Shown here in pieces: positions 52,405 through 64,000 of a stretch of DNA of 64,000 nucleotides (position 1 is the first letter of the stretch; each line of letters starts with the position of its first letter). This DNA comes from Sphagnum compactum (Eukaryota). A program made the position numbers and the translations under genes. Below the pieces are notes generated by a model. It had not been told where the DNA came from, made no database searches, and saw nothing but the letters and a program-made list of their open reading frames with translations. The stretch lies in assembly GCA_965153455.1 (NCBI GenBank), contig OZ234494.1:7378001-7442000 (forward strand), read 5' to 3'.

Positions 52405-54095
52405 CACTACTACAAAAGTGGGGTGCAATTCACTAACCTAAATCACTATGGGACTTTAAAAGTGAAATAATTTCACTACACCGTAATGATTTCACCCTGG
52501 TTAAAGTTATTTCATTATAATATCACTATGTAAACATTGTGTTTCACTACTAGTTGACATAATTCACAATTATAATTTATTGCGATAAATAGGTTTATTT
52601 CTATGTTGTTTTAAATATCCTATATATGTTATTTTATGATATATTTTATATTATTTCAAGTTACTTTACTTATTATAGTTTATACCTTACATTATTATAA
52701 ATTATTATAGGCTATTATAAATTATTATACCCTAAATTATTATACGTTATTATACCTTAAAGTATCATAACTAACTTATTATAGGTTTTTAAGTTATTTT
52801 AAATTAAATTATTCAACTAACCTTAGGCTATACCTAAGGTTATTTTATTTTAAGTTGATATACGTTATTTCAAGTTATACTTTAGGTTATTGAAGATCAT
52901 TATACTTTATGTTATAATAAGTTATTTTATCTTAAGTATAATAACTTAAAATAATCTAAAATAAAATATAATGACCTAAAGTAAAATAACCTAAAATAGC
53001 CAATAATAGCCTATGAAAAATAATTTAGAATAACCTACAATAAAATAACTACCAATAGCCTATGATAATATAGCCTAGAATATCTAGCAATAACTTATAA
53101 TAGAATGGTCATCAATAATCATAATATAACAAAGAATAATAAAAAATAATTTATAATATAATATCCACCAATAACCACCAATAGCCATTAATAAAATAAC
53201 CACTAATAACCACTAATAACCACTAATAGAATAACCATTAATAGCCACTAATAAATTAACCATTAATAGCCACTAATAGAATAACCATTAATAGGCACAA
53301 ATAGAATAACCACTAATAGGCACAAATAGAATAACCACTAATAACCATTAATAAAATAACCATTAATAGTCACCAATAGAATAACCATCAATAGCCATTA
53401 ATAGAATAACCACCAATAGTCATTAATAAAATAGCCACCAATAGCCAATGGTAATTTAATCACCAATAGCCATTAATAGAATAACCACTAATAGTCACTA
53501 ATATAATAGCCAATAAAATAACCATTAATAGCCACCAATAGCCCCAATAAAAGAATAACCAATAACCACCAATAGAATAGCCACCAATAACCATATATTA
53601 GAATTGTTTAGAAGTGCCAAAAATAATGTAAGGTGAAATAATCTATAATAAACAAAAATAATTTACGGTGAAAACCTACAATAACCTATAATTGCTAATA
53701 ATAACATAAGGTGAAATAACCTTCAATAATCAAAAGTAATCAACAATAGCCTCACATAATCGAAAATAACTTAAAATGAAATAACTTAGAATAACAAAAA
53801 GTAACTTATAATAGATACAAATAACCTAAAGTGAAATAACCTATAATAGCCAAAAATAACATAAAATAGCCAAAATAACTTATAATAACCAAAAATTGTC
53901 GAAGGTGAAATAGGTTAAAATAGCCAAAAGTAACTTAAAGTAACCACATAGCTTAGGGTGAAATAACATAAAATAACCAAAAGTAACTTAAAATAACCAA
54001 AATAGCCTAAGGTGAAATAACTAAAATAGCCAAAAATAATTTAAAATAGTCATAAATAGTTGTAAATAATGTAGGGTGAAATAATTTTGATTATG
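52405..54095 (+). mobile_element. Left arm of a larger CACTA element followed by ~10-bp minisatellites; right TIR not found
   Basis: CACTACTACAAAAGTGGGGTGCA terminus, TTCACTA subterminal repeats to ~52570, an AATARCCAYY array at 53160-53595 and AAAATAACYT/GGTGAAATAA arrays. Confidence 0.65.
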
Positions 54096-55049
54096 CTAAA
54101 GTTAAAATTGCAGTCTATTTTTATATCATGAATTTAGTAGGGACTTACATGGTGGTTAAAAAGCCCATATGAAAATAAACCATTTTAATGAATTCTTTAA
54201 TGTACATGTTAAAAACATAAAAATAAAAATAAAAATTCGCCCAAAAATGATTATGATACGGATTTATGAAAATATGGCTCATTTTAGGCCATTCAAAAGT
54301 CCATACCCTTTTTTTAGTTAATTTTTTTCTAGCAAGGTTTTTGCACATATGTTTTTTTTGTTTTCACATATCATATATTGAGTCCCCATAATATATCCCA
54401 AATAAAATTCATACACAAAAATTCACGTATATAGAGGCATAAACAGTAAACTAATCCATATTTTTCAACTTCAAAAGTCCATTACTATATATTTGGTATA
54501 TATATGTTGCAATTTTTTTTATAGATCTTTTTTCTTCAAGTTGACAATATAAATCTAACCACAAATTTGGAAAATTAATGTTTTTATGTCATGTTAATAG
54601 CATGTAAATACATGCCATTATGCAAAAAACTAGATTACGATGCAAAAAGTGAGCCACCCTACCTTGCAACCACCCAAAAACATCCAGAATTGATTCACAA
54701 AGCATAGGTACCTTCAATCCACAACTTTCAAATTCCAAAAAAACTTTTCCTACAACAAGAGTACATGTACTTGTTCTAAATGAATCAACATGCCATTTAA
54801 ACTAGGTTTTGCCATCGGATTCATTCACAAGAGCATGTGATCTGTAGTAGATAGTTGAATCCCCCAAATTCTAGTTGCAGGAGACAACATTTAGTTAAAG
54901 AAACAAATTTTTTGACATTGTTTTAATTTCAAGCAATACATAAGGGTTTTTTGACAATCCTCTACCCTTGCTAGTATCAAATCATAGAGTCAAAAATTGG
55001 ACCACATTTTAAACCACTGAATAATTCATAGTTGGGTAAGTTGACATTT

Positions 55050-56550
55050 ACTAGGGAAACTTGAAGATAATGTGTGGCATACACATCATATTCCTTCACT
55101 CTATATCTCCTTCAACTGACATCCTTTGCATTTGGTGAAATTGTGGTTTCCAAAGTTCAAAAACTAACAATATGTTGGATTGCAACTTCGCTCAAAGCTT
55201 TAGCATGTTTTCCTATCTTCTTGTTGTTGAACCCAAAATGCATCTCAACCACGATCTGAAGAAAATCAGTTCTTAATTGTTCTTTTTAGGTTCCTTCAAT
55301 CCACACCCAAAACTTGAACAATTCTCTTATTGTTTCTAATCTTGTTAGATGTAGTTAAAACATAAACAATATCCTTTGCTGCAATGCATGAGTTCTTCTT
55401 ACCTTGTAAGTGTTCTTTCAAGCCATCTTTCAAATTGTCTATGATAACTTAAATTTCTTTGAATTTTTGTGGATCACATAAATACTCTGGTACCTTACCT
55501 GAACCAACATAGAATTAACCAAGATCTTCTCAATAACCATACCTTGGAATGATTGTGAATACCCTTTCAAATGTTCACAAATCAACAAGGATAACGTCTT
55601 GGCCAACGTAGCACCTTGCATTTGGACTTGTCTTTGGGTGTCATAGCCTACATATTGTGAACATGCAACAAGGACCTGCATTTTTTTTTCAACAATTCTA
55701 GCTAGGGTTTGTGCTTCTTCTTCTGCTATTTGATCAGTTTCTTTTGATCGAGTATTAATTCGACCCAATGATGTTGATAATTTTGCACCCGTTGCCTCAT
55801 GTAAACTTTCCTCTTATTTGAAGGACTTATGTCCTTGTCCTCTTCATCTATTTTGCAACCTTCAGAATCACCATCATTGAAAACCTCAACCACACCTCCA
55901 TTTCCATTCATGAGATTTGTTTTTGTCACTTTCAGATCAAATGAATCTTCATTGGCATTTTATACTTCTACCATTTCAAAATCACTAGCACCTTGCCCTT
56001 CCATAACCTCATGGTAATCTCCACTATAATCTTATACATTGTAACTCAGACTACCATCAAGATATTCATATCCTTCAAGTTCATTAAGGCACACAAGTCT
56101 TTATTTCCTATTTTTTTCAAGTCCCCCATGCCTCAACTTAGAGTTCCTATTCTTGAATGTCCAAAATTGCTTCACCACCATAGGACCCCATGTATTAATC
56201 AAAACCACAAAATTTCAAAATCATATTGTTATCGATTATACCAATATTGCATTTGAAAGCAACTCTCTAAAAATTCAAAATTTTGAAATTCCTGAAATCA
56301 AACACAACTCACAAATGGCTGAACTTGGTTATAGATCTATGGATTACATAGTTGCTAAAATGAAACAACAGGTTGAAGAAAAGAACAACAATACACAATC
56401 TTCAAAAATTGGACCCAACTTCCTTGATACAACATACTTGCAGCTATTTGCAACCTCCTTCATTTTAGGAAGAAGGTTACAAAACAGCCACAACAATGTT
56501 GCAAGTGTGCAGCAACGACCCAATTGTGAACGATGATTTTCAACAAGCAT
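55050..56550 (-). pseudogene. Fragmented coding-like sequence of unknown, probably transposon, origin
   Basis: Overlapping frameshifted ORF pieces at 55726-55929 and 55439-55768 have protein-like composition. No recognisable motif. Confidence 0.3.
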
Positions 56551-58154
56551 CATGTTCCATGGAACAAAGTACTACACATCGCTATATAGTATCTTTTGAC
56601 AAAGTGGTAATAATCATAGAGTTGTAGACAAAGCAATGAACATTACAGCAGTGACCCCATCCTCCATGATGATCCTCACCCAACACAATGTTCCATTTTC
56701 AAAGTGATGGACAACTATGAGGAGTAAAACAATGCGTATGAGGCTATTGCATTGAACGTTCAAGCAAAGTGGCAGCTTGGACCTTGCGAGGGATCACCAT
56801 GGTGTAGAGTGGCGAATGTGAATTTCTGGAAGTGCAACAAGTTCAAAATATACCTAGAGTTTAGTGTTGCAAAAATCTACAATAATAAAAGCCCTAGAGG
56901 CTAGATAGGATTTGAAAAACTAATGTTGAAAATTTTAGGTCCGTGGCTAACCCTAATTAATGGACAATACATGAATTTCCATCCAACTATCTATAGTGTT
57001 AGCCACAAGCCTATGTTCATCCATGACCTAAATGGCTTCCAAAGTACATGTAGAATGAATCCTTTTTATCTATTAAAAGACTTTAAACTTTAAAACTTTG
57101 ACAAATTTTTTTTTGTCAATATTATATATTGTTATGAATTTACATTATTTGGAGGAAATATAATAAAACCCAACTTACAATAGATCTAAACTTTAGTTAT
57201 TCAACCAAATTAAATAGTTACAACTGTGTCTTGGATGGATTAATGTTTTTTGAGCACATGCATTGACTTGCATCATGTTAAATATGCATCCATGTTTGAA
57301 ACCATACAAAAATGAATAACATTACTTTTTTTTTTTTTTTAAACCCTTATTTTTAATGTTAGAAACATGTTTGAACCCATAGTACTAGGTGTGTTACATA
57401 AGTACGAATTTCCAAAATTTCAAGTGCTAGTGCCTTTTTACTTATTAACATTATGATTTTCCCAAATTTTCAAAATCAATGGTGCACGTTTGATGTTTAA
57501 AAAGGACTGTTTACATTGGGGTATTGAGTGTTTTAAACAACAAAATGACTCTTGAAACATTATCAATTTGTGTGAAATTGTTATCATTGAATATTGTTAA
57601 TAATGGAATTTATTCCAAAAGAAAAAATGGAAATCCAAATTATTATGTTTGCGTGGTGATTTTTCAAAGACACAAGGGTACAATTTTTAAGCATTGTCTA
57701 CACCCCTTTGTTGTATGCATTACCGTGTTCACACCCACATGGTAGTTTTTTATTGGTTTATAATGCATTTTTCATATAGTTTTTTAAATTGAATATCAAA
57801 ATTGAGGTCAAATATGACATATAACATGACAAAACTCAATTTGTTTTGTGTCAAGCCTTACATTATGGCCAAATCTATAACTTTACTTTGAATCGTGATT
57901 ACAAATTCAAAACTATAATAATGTTTAAGGATGTTTGAGTGTCAAAATTTAAAAGGGTATATGTATTTTTATTTTTTGAATGTTTTGAACACATGGATCC
58001 CTTCTTGTGGAATATATTAAAGATGGGCACAACAAAACAAAAACATCGCAAAAGCTACTTATGGATCTGCAAGCATAAGGATGTTAACTATGTTATTGAG
58101 AGCCTTTTGAAACGCCTTTGCAACAAAGAATTTTATAAATGGCATAGAACCCTT

Positions 58155-58304
58155 CATTACTACAAAATGTGGGTGCAGATTAGTCTTTGTTCCCTAGACC
58201 AATGAATTCATAACTTTTCAATTAGTCCTTGTCTATTAAATTAGTGAATTCATTCAAAATCTAATCAAATCACTTGATGTACATGGACACCTTTTGTTGT
58301 AGTG
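58155..58304 (+). mobile_element. Miniature CACTA element, 150 bp, TSD CTT
   Basis: CTT|CATTACTACAAAATGTGGGTG...CCTTTTGTTGTAGTG|CTT. Confidence 0.9.
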
Positions 58305-59688
58305 CTTGGTGCGCTTAGAATATGAAACCAATGTTAGGTGTAAAAAAACTTAGTGGAAATGATATGGTGGGTTTAATCCATGTGGAAACTATACACATTT
58401 TGTTGGCTGAATGCAAAGTCTTAATGTTGCAAACTCCACCTATAAGCATAAAAAGATGGGTACCACATTTGAAACAGGACCAACAATATGTGTATTATTG
58501 ACGAGTTAGGGAAAAACACAAATAAGGTGGGTTGTTGCAATGAAACAAAGAACATGAAAATATTAAGAGACACCAAATTGTAACAACTATACAATAGTCC
58601 TAGATTGGTGTGTTGGGTACTTGGCCCATAAAATTGGGTTCAAATCCTAGATCTAACAATGTTTTACTAATATTAATTTTTGGCATTCTCAATAAATTTT
58701 GGCATTATTTTTTCAACAATTTAACAAATTTGAAAATGATTTAATTAATGCCAAATCCATTCAAGGAGTAAGGTAATTGATTGTGGGGTGCACATCACTC
58801 ATTGGCCCATTTCAATGTGTTTGTGACCTAATTTAGGGTAGACTAAATGGATACCTGTACGTTAATAGTAATAATTAGTTTGGGGGCGGGGAGGGGTGTG
58901 CACATATGTGAATATATATTTTCTTTTGTGTGATGATGGGCCTCTTTAATTGGCCTGCCACCTGAAAAAAGCAGGCACATTATGGAGTCTGGACAATTCC
59001 AAAATAGGAGATTATGTGACCTTTCCTTTCACCTAACTATATAGCTTCCAAGGGAAAACTTTTGGGTGGAGGATATAGTATAAAGTGGAGCACTATTGGG
59101 AACAACTTGGGGAACAAAATGGGAACTTTATTGGGAACCAATATGGAACTTAGTGGGACCACTTGGGAACATGAAAACCCAAAAAGAGTCTTCAAACCCC
59201 ATCCCCATTCCCCATTGAAAAGAAAAAAGCTACGCCTTCTTAGGTGCATGTTAAGCCATGCCATTGGTTGTAAGGACCATTGAATCTTGGCTACTACCCT
59301 TCCCTAAGATCCTAGGTACCTGCTATGTGTAGAGTAAGGACCCAACGTGGGGGGGGGGGGGAGGGGGGGAGGAGGGATTAACAAAATAAGGAACCTCGGA
59401 CAAGGCTATAACCAGCCTGGGACTTTTTGAATTCCCCTCACATTTTGAACTCCCCTCACATTTTGAACTACCCATGTTTAGGGTTATGGATGGTTAAGGC
59501 CCATGAGTGGAGAACATTAGGAAATTTCTCCAAGAATGCTTTTACATATAACTTAGGATGTTTATCCTCAATTAGACCACCTTTCAAGCTTTGAAAGGTG
59601 TTCCCCTTGCTGGAAATTTTGTGCATGGCTACTCTGAAAAGCAGTGACATCACTCTCATGTCTTCATGCTTACATCATTATTTCCATC

Positions 59689-59691
<3 letters not shown>

Positions 59692-59723
<32 letters not shown>
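59692..59723. repeat. (AC)n microsatellite
   Basis: About 16 AC units. Confidence 0.95.
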
Positions 59724-59725
<2 letters not shown>

Positions 59726-62700
59726 TTGCAGGTGCAAAGTTAGACCTGTTTAGTGCTCCGTATGCAGGAAACACTTGAAACTGAGAGAACTTTTTGGCTT
59801 AAGTTGTCCATGTTGTGACTGTTGAACACTGACGTATGTCAAGTGAGAGAGACCAAGTTTAGTTGGAAAAACCCAGAACTGCAGCATCACGTGATTTGCT
59901 TACCTGGGTACAAGCAATTTAGGAAGCAATGTAGACTATAATAGGAGTGGGTGTGCAGCCCTACATGCAAAAATAGTTCACTCCCTTTGTTTAGTGTGGA
60001 AAACAAGTTGTTCCATGTTAACCATGCCAGAATTGGGTGGCAGAAATTAGATATGACAACATCTTGTTTGCCGAAATCAGATTGATAGACAAAATGCTAA
60101 ATTTAAATCTTTGGAACACGTTGCTGGCTGGCAGCTGCTGTTGCCAGGGAGACTGGAGTAAATGGTGTTCCATCTTCAGAGCTCACAAAAGAGGCTGAGG
60201 TGGGGACGACCCTGTAACTTCACAACACGAGGTTGGAAGGTGAATTAATTGATTGAGTAATGGATTCTTCACATTTTGGAGCCCCTTATATAAACTGCAC
60301 ATGGGAAGAGAGTTGGCTACTTGTACTCCCTAATTGAGGAAGGGACATGCTAAACACCTTCTATTGAGCTCTGTCCCAATCCAAAGCATTGTTTTGTTTT
60401 GGGCAGGGGCGAGGAGGGGGAAGGATTTTCAAAAAATTTAATGAATTTGGGATTTAAATTGTTTTTACAAATTTTCTAGTATTAATTCGTACTAATTTAA
60501 ATTTTTTTTCAAAAAATATCCTACCATCCTTATGGTTCAATGGTTCACATTTAGTATTATTTAGTTAAATAGAGCTTATCTTTGAATATGGCTAGGTTCA
60601 AGTGTTACTTATAATGTTTTGATTGAATTTTTGAAAATTTTGGCATACTATGCTAAATGTTTTAAATTTTTTTTGACAAAATTGAAAATAATTTAATTTA
60701 TGCCGAAGTTGCCTAGGTACTATGGTGACTACAACATGGAGGTATAATGTTCAGAAAAGAAAGTAGTTCACATCAACTCTTGGAGTTGGTTAGGCACTTG
60801 ATGGTTTCATACATGTGGATTGTTAATGCCATTGCACATGTTGGCATATTCAAGGTATTGGGTAAGTTTAGGTGCAAGTTCTTGGTTAAGTTCAGGGATA
60901 TTTGGACTTGGGGTTCAAAATTTTGTTAAAATTGGATGTGGATATGCATTTTGAAACCGTCTTTTGCTAAAACTAAAATCCAAACTTGAACCATGTTGTT
61001 GGTTTATTGAAAGCATGTCCAACTTTTCTAGCCATATAAGTACAAGGTTTTTATTATGTGTAACAACCAAACCCTGCTTTTTACTTTGACAATTCAACTC
61101 TGGGCAAACCTTATGGGATAAATTGTGGCAGTGTTAGGTGCATTTTTCATCACCAAACACAAAAAAGAAAAAGGTCGTGTCACCACCTTTTGGTTTAGTC
61201 CCAACATAGAAAGGTCAAAGGACATGTTTTGTGCTTCAAACTTAATGAATTAGCATCAATGAACTACCATCACACTAGTTCATACAATTCATTTTAAATC
61301 CCTTGTCTTGTGACAACAAACCAAAAAAATCAACACCCATTTCCCTCTCCTCGCAAAGGAAAAAAGATATGGGCCTTTTCATTACCTTCTACTTTGTTTC
61401 ATTGCTATTATCAATTTTTTCTTGATTGTGTTTCTTCCCAACTTTTTCTTACAATAATACCCCACTCCATGAGCATGCATACCTATTTAGGCTAGTTATT
61501 TGTTTCAGTTGCCCAAATAAAATGGGAACCAAACATAGTTTTAAATTGGATTGGACTCCATGCTTTCAGGGAAGTTTCGAAAACTAGAGGTTTTTTATAA
61601 ATCCAAAACTTGCTTTCAAAATTATATTAGAGGTTCTATCCAACCAAAAATGAAATTAGAATTGAAAATTTCTTTCAAAATCAACCCATTTTGTGAAATT
61701 AAAAATCTTTTGCAAATAGATGCATTTAAAAAAATCTACTCAAATATTAAACTTGAAGACGAGATTATTCAATATTATAATAATGAAATGAAATATTATC
61801 ATCATATTAATCATTAAATAAAATAATATTTCTATTTTCAATACATTAAATTGTTTTTATGGCTACTTGTAAATTTGTGTGACATGGAGCAATTAGTCAT
61901 CTACTTTACCTTGCTTTCACCTTGTATCATAATTAAAAAATTCTTCACTTTGGTCTCATTAACAATTTATATTTTTAATGATATTTTTTCAAAGGTATCA
62001 TTTCATAGCTTAGGTTGAACCAACACCTACATTGGTGCCTTTATTGATGGCAAGTTTTTGAACATGGCTTCCATAATATCTTTAGATCCTCTATCAAAGA
62101 AGAATTTATTAAATATATATATATAGTGAAAAAATAAAAAATAAAAAATCTACTTATATTATTCCCCACTTAAGGTTTATTTCTTGTGTTTTTAAAGTGG
62201 TAGGTGTTTTTTTTGCAATATTTCACCTCATATATGAAACAAAATTGTGAACTTCAAAAATGTGATTTCAAGATATGATGTTCATTTTAAAGTAAATCTT
62301 TGAAATTATTTATGTGGGGTCCACATGAAATACTTTAAATAGTTGCATATTTTGAAAACTATAACATCAAAATACTATGGTTAAGGTGGTGCCAAATACA
62401 CCTTACAAACCAAGACCCTATATTGTGGCAAAACATTGCATTAGATTTTCATAATAACACAAAGAAAAGGTTGAAGTTAACATGATTTAGAATACATTCA
62501 AAACAAGGACAAATGGATGATATTGATTAAAAAATTGTTGGCAATCCAAAATTAAATAGTGAACATTTTTGCTAAAATATTTTTGACATACAATTTGTGA
62601 TTTAACACATATAAACATAACATGGATCATGAAATTTACATCACTTTTGATTGGAAGATGTACACCAAGCATGCCATCAACATATAAATACAAAAGGTGT

Positions 62701-63134
62701 GCACTTCTTAGCTTGTTACAAATTTGGATTTTGTGATTGCGAAAAGAAAATTACATTTTTGTTCCAACCTTAATTAGTGTTCATTACTTATCAATATGAA
62801 AATAAAGATGTTTAAGAATCAAAAAGAAACATTCTCAAAACTCCCATGCAACAGTCTCTATTTAGGAATTAAGAGTCCAAGGAATCCCAATTTTTTAAGG
62901 AAAGGTTTGAAAAGGAAAACATTGGTCAAATCAAGTGATCTTTTACTCCTTGGAAAAAAATTGAAACAAGTTGGGGTTGCATGAATATGCCAATTAATGC
63001 CAATTAAAATAACTCATGTTTAAATAATGTATGTTAATATGTAAGTTGGCTCAATATTAAAAGGTGAACTTACCTTATTTTTCCACCAAGAATGTTGGGT
63101 ACTTTTCATCTCAATATTATTTTTGAAATAACAC

Positions 63135-63700
63135 CCTAACACATAATCATGACTGTTAGCAGTTTGATAATGATAATAGTGGTTTCCCATGATTCTTAAG
63201 TGTTTATCAAGCACTCCTAAGTACTTGGCAAGGACATCAAATGCTGAACCAAGACATTCAAAGGTTTACAAAATAACTTGATTACATAATCATGATTACT
63301 ACAGGTTTGACAATGACCATTAGTGGTTTCCTAATACTCTGTTGTGATTCACAAGTACTCCCAAGTGCTTATCTAACACTCCTAAGTCGCAAGTATCTCC
63401 AATGCTTGACCATGACACATTACATTTTGTAATAACACTTTAACTACATAATCATGACTGCTAGGAGTTTGACAATGACAATATAGTGGTTTCCCAGGAC
63501 TCCTAAGTGCTTTTCTAGCACTCCTAAGTACTTGGCAAGGATTTCTAAGCCTTAACAATGACATATTATCTTTTGAAAAAATACTTTAATTATAGAAGCT
63601 CACGACTTCTAAAAAACCCAACAATGGTTTGATGTGATTGACAAGTATTCCCAAGTGCTTATGTAACACCCCCAAGTACTTGACAAAACTTCAAATGCTA
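63135..63700. repeat. About four diverged tandem copies of a ~140-165 bp unit
   Basis: acataatcatgact...gtttgacaatga...agtggtttcc...ctcctaagt at ~63142, 63284, 63447 and a degenerate copy near 63600. Confidence 0.8.
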
Positions 63701-64000
63701 ACCAAAGAATCCTAGGTGGTTGATGGGACCAGGTTGATGAAGGAACCACTTATCTAAATGATTGGTTGAATGACTATGACAACTATCTATTGAACAAGCT
63801 TATGCACAACACCACTGACAAAGCAATATACCTATTTTGACATTAAATCTTGAATTAAGAGGCAACAAAGAAGAGTACATTTAGTCTCCTTTTCCACAAA
63901 TGATCCCCCTCAACATACTCCCACAAACTCATGTTAATGATTCCAGCCAATGCACTTCCACAAATTCTACACCTTTCAAAATTTCAAACATTTAAAATAG

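Larger units (their letters stand above)
50738..54662. mobile_element. DNA transposon relic with ~520-bp diverged terminal inverted repeats (50740-51260 and 54140-54660) hosting nested insertions
   Basis: Colinear inverted matches: gagtgactcacttttg/caaaaagtgagccaccc; gtaatgaacttttgaagttgaaaaata/tatttttcaacttcaaaagtccattac; gggactcaatatatgat/atcatatattgagtccc; ccatattttcataa/ttatgaaaatatgg. Confidence 0.75.

Overview
AT-rich, intron-containing land-plant genomic DNA. The gene and repeat style suggests a bryophyte such as a peat moss, but that is inference. Three host genes are readable exon by exon: a DEAD-box helicase of the RH1/DDX51 type (- strand, running off the left edge), a complete 6-exon cytochrome P450 resembling the orphan CYP727 clan (-), and a complete 5-exon Di19 zinc-finger gene (+) carrying a minor-spliceosome AT-AC intron. 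There is also a decayed, intron-containing TCTP copy preceded by an unrelated coiled-coil exon. The rest is transposon debris: a degenerate Ty3/Gypsy element cut inside integrase by a CACTA-like terminus, three ~130-155 bp CACTA miniatures with exact 3-bp TSDs, a hAT-type MITE with an 8-bp TSD, a TA-flanked MITE, a ~3.9 kb element with ~520 bp inverted ends, several satellites and extremely AT-rich blocks. I found no clearly new multi-gene system. The most unusual observations are a ~100-codon Asp/Glu tract in frame with the Di19 start but broken by two TAG codons, the U12 intron, the atypical P450 I-helix, the very small CACTA family and the possible TCTP chimera. Exon coordinates were read by eye from splice signals and reading-frame continuity.
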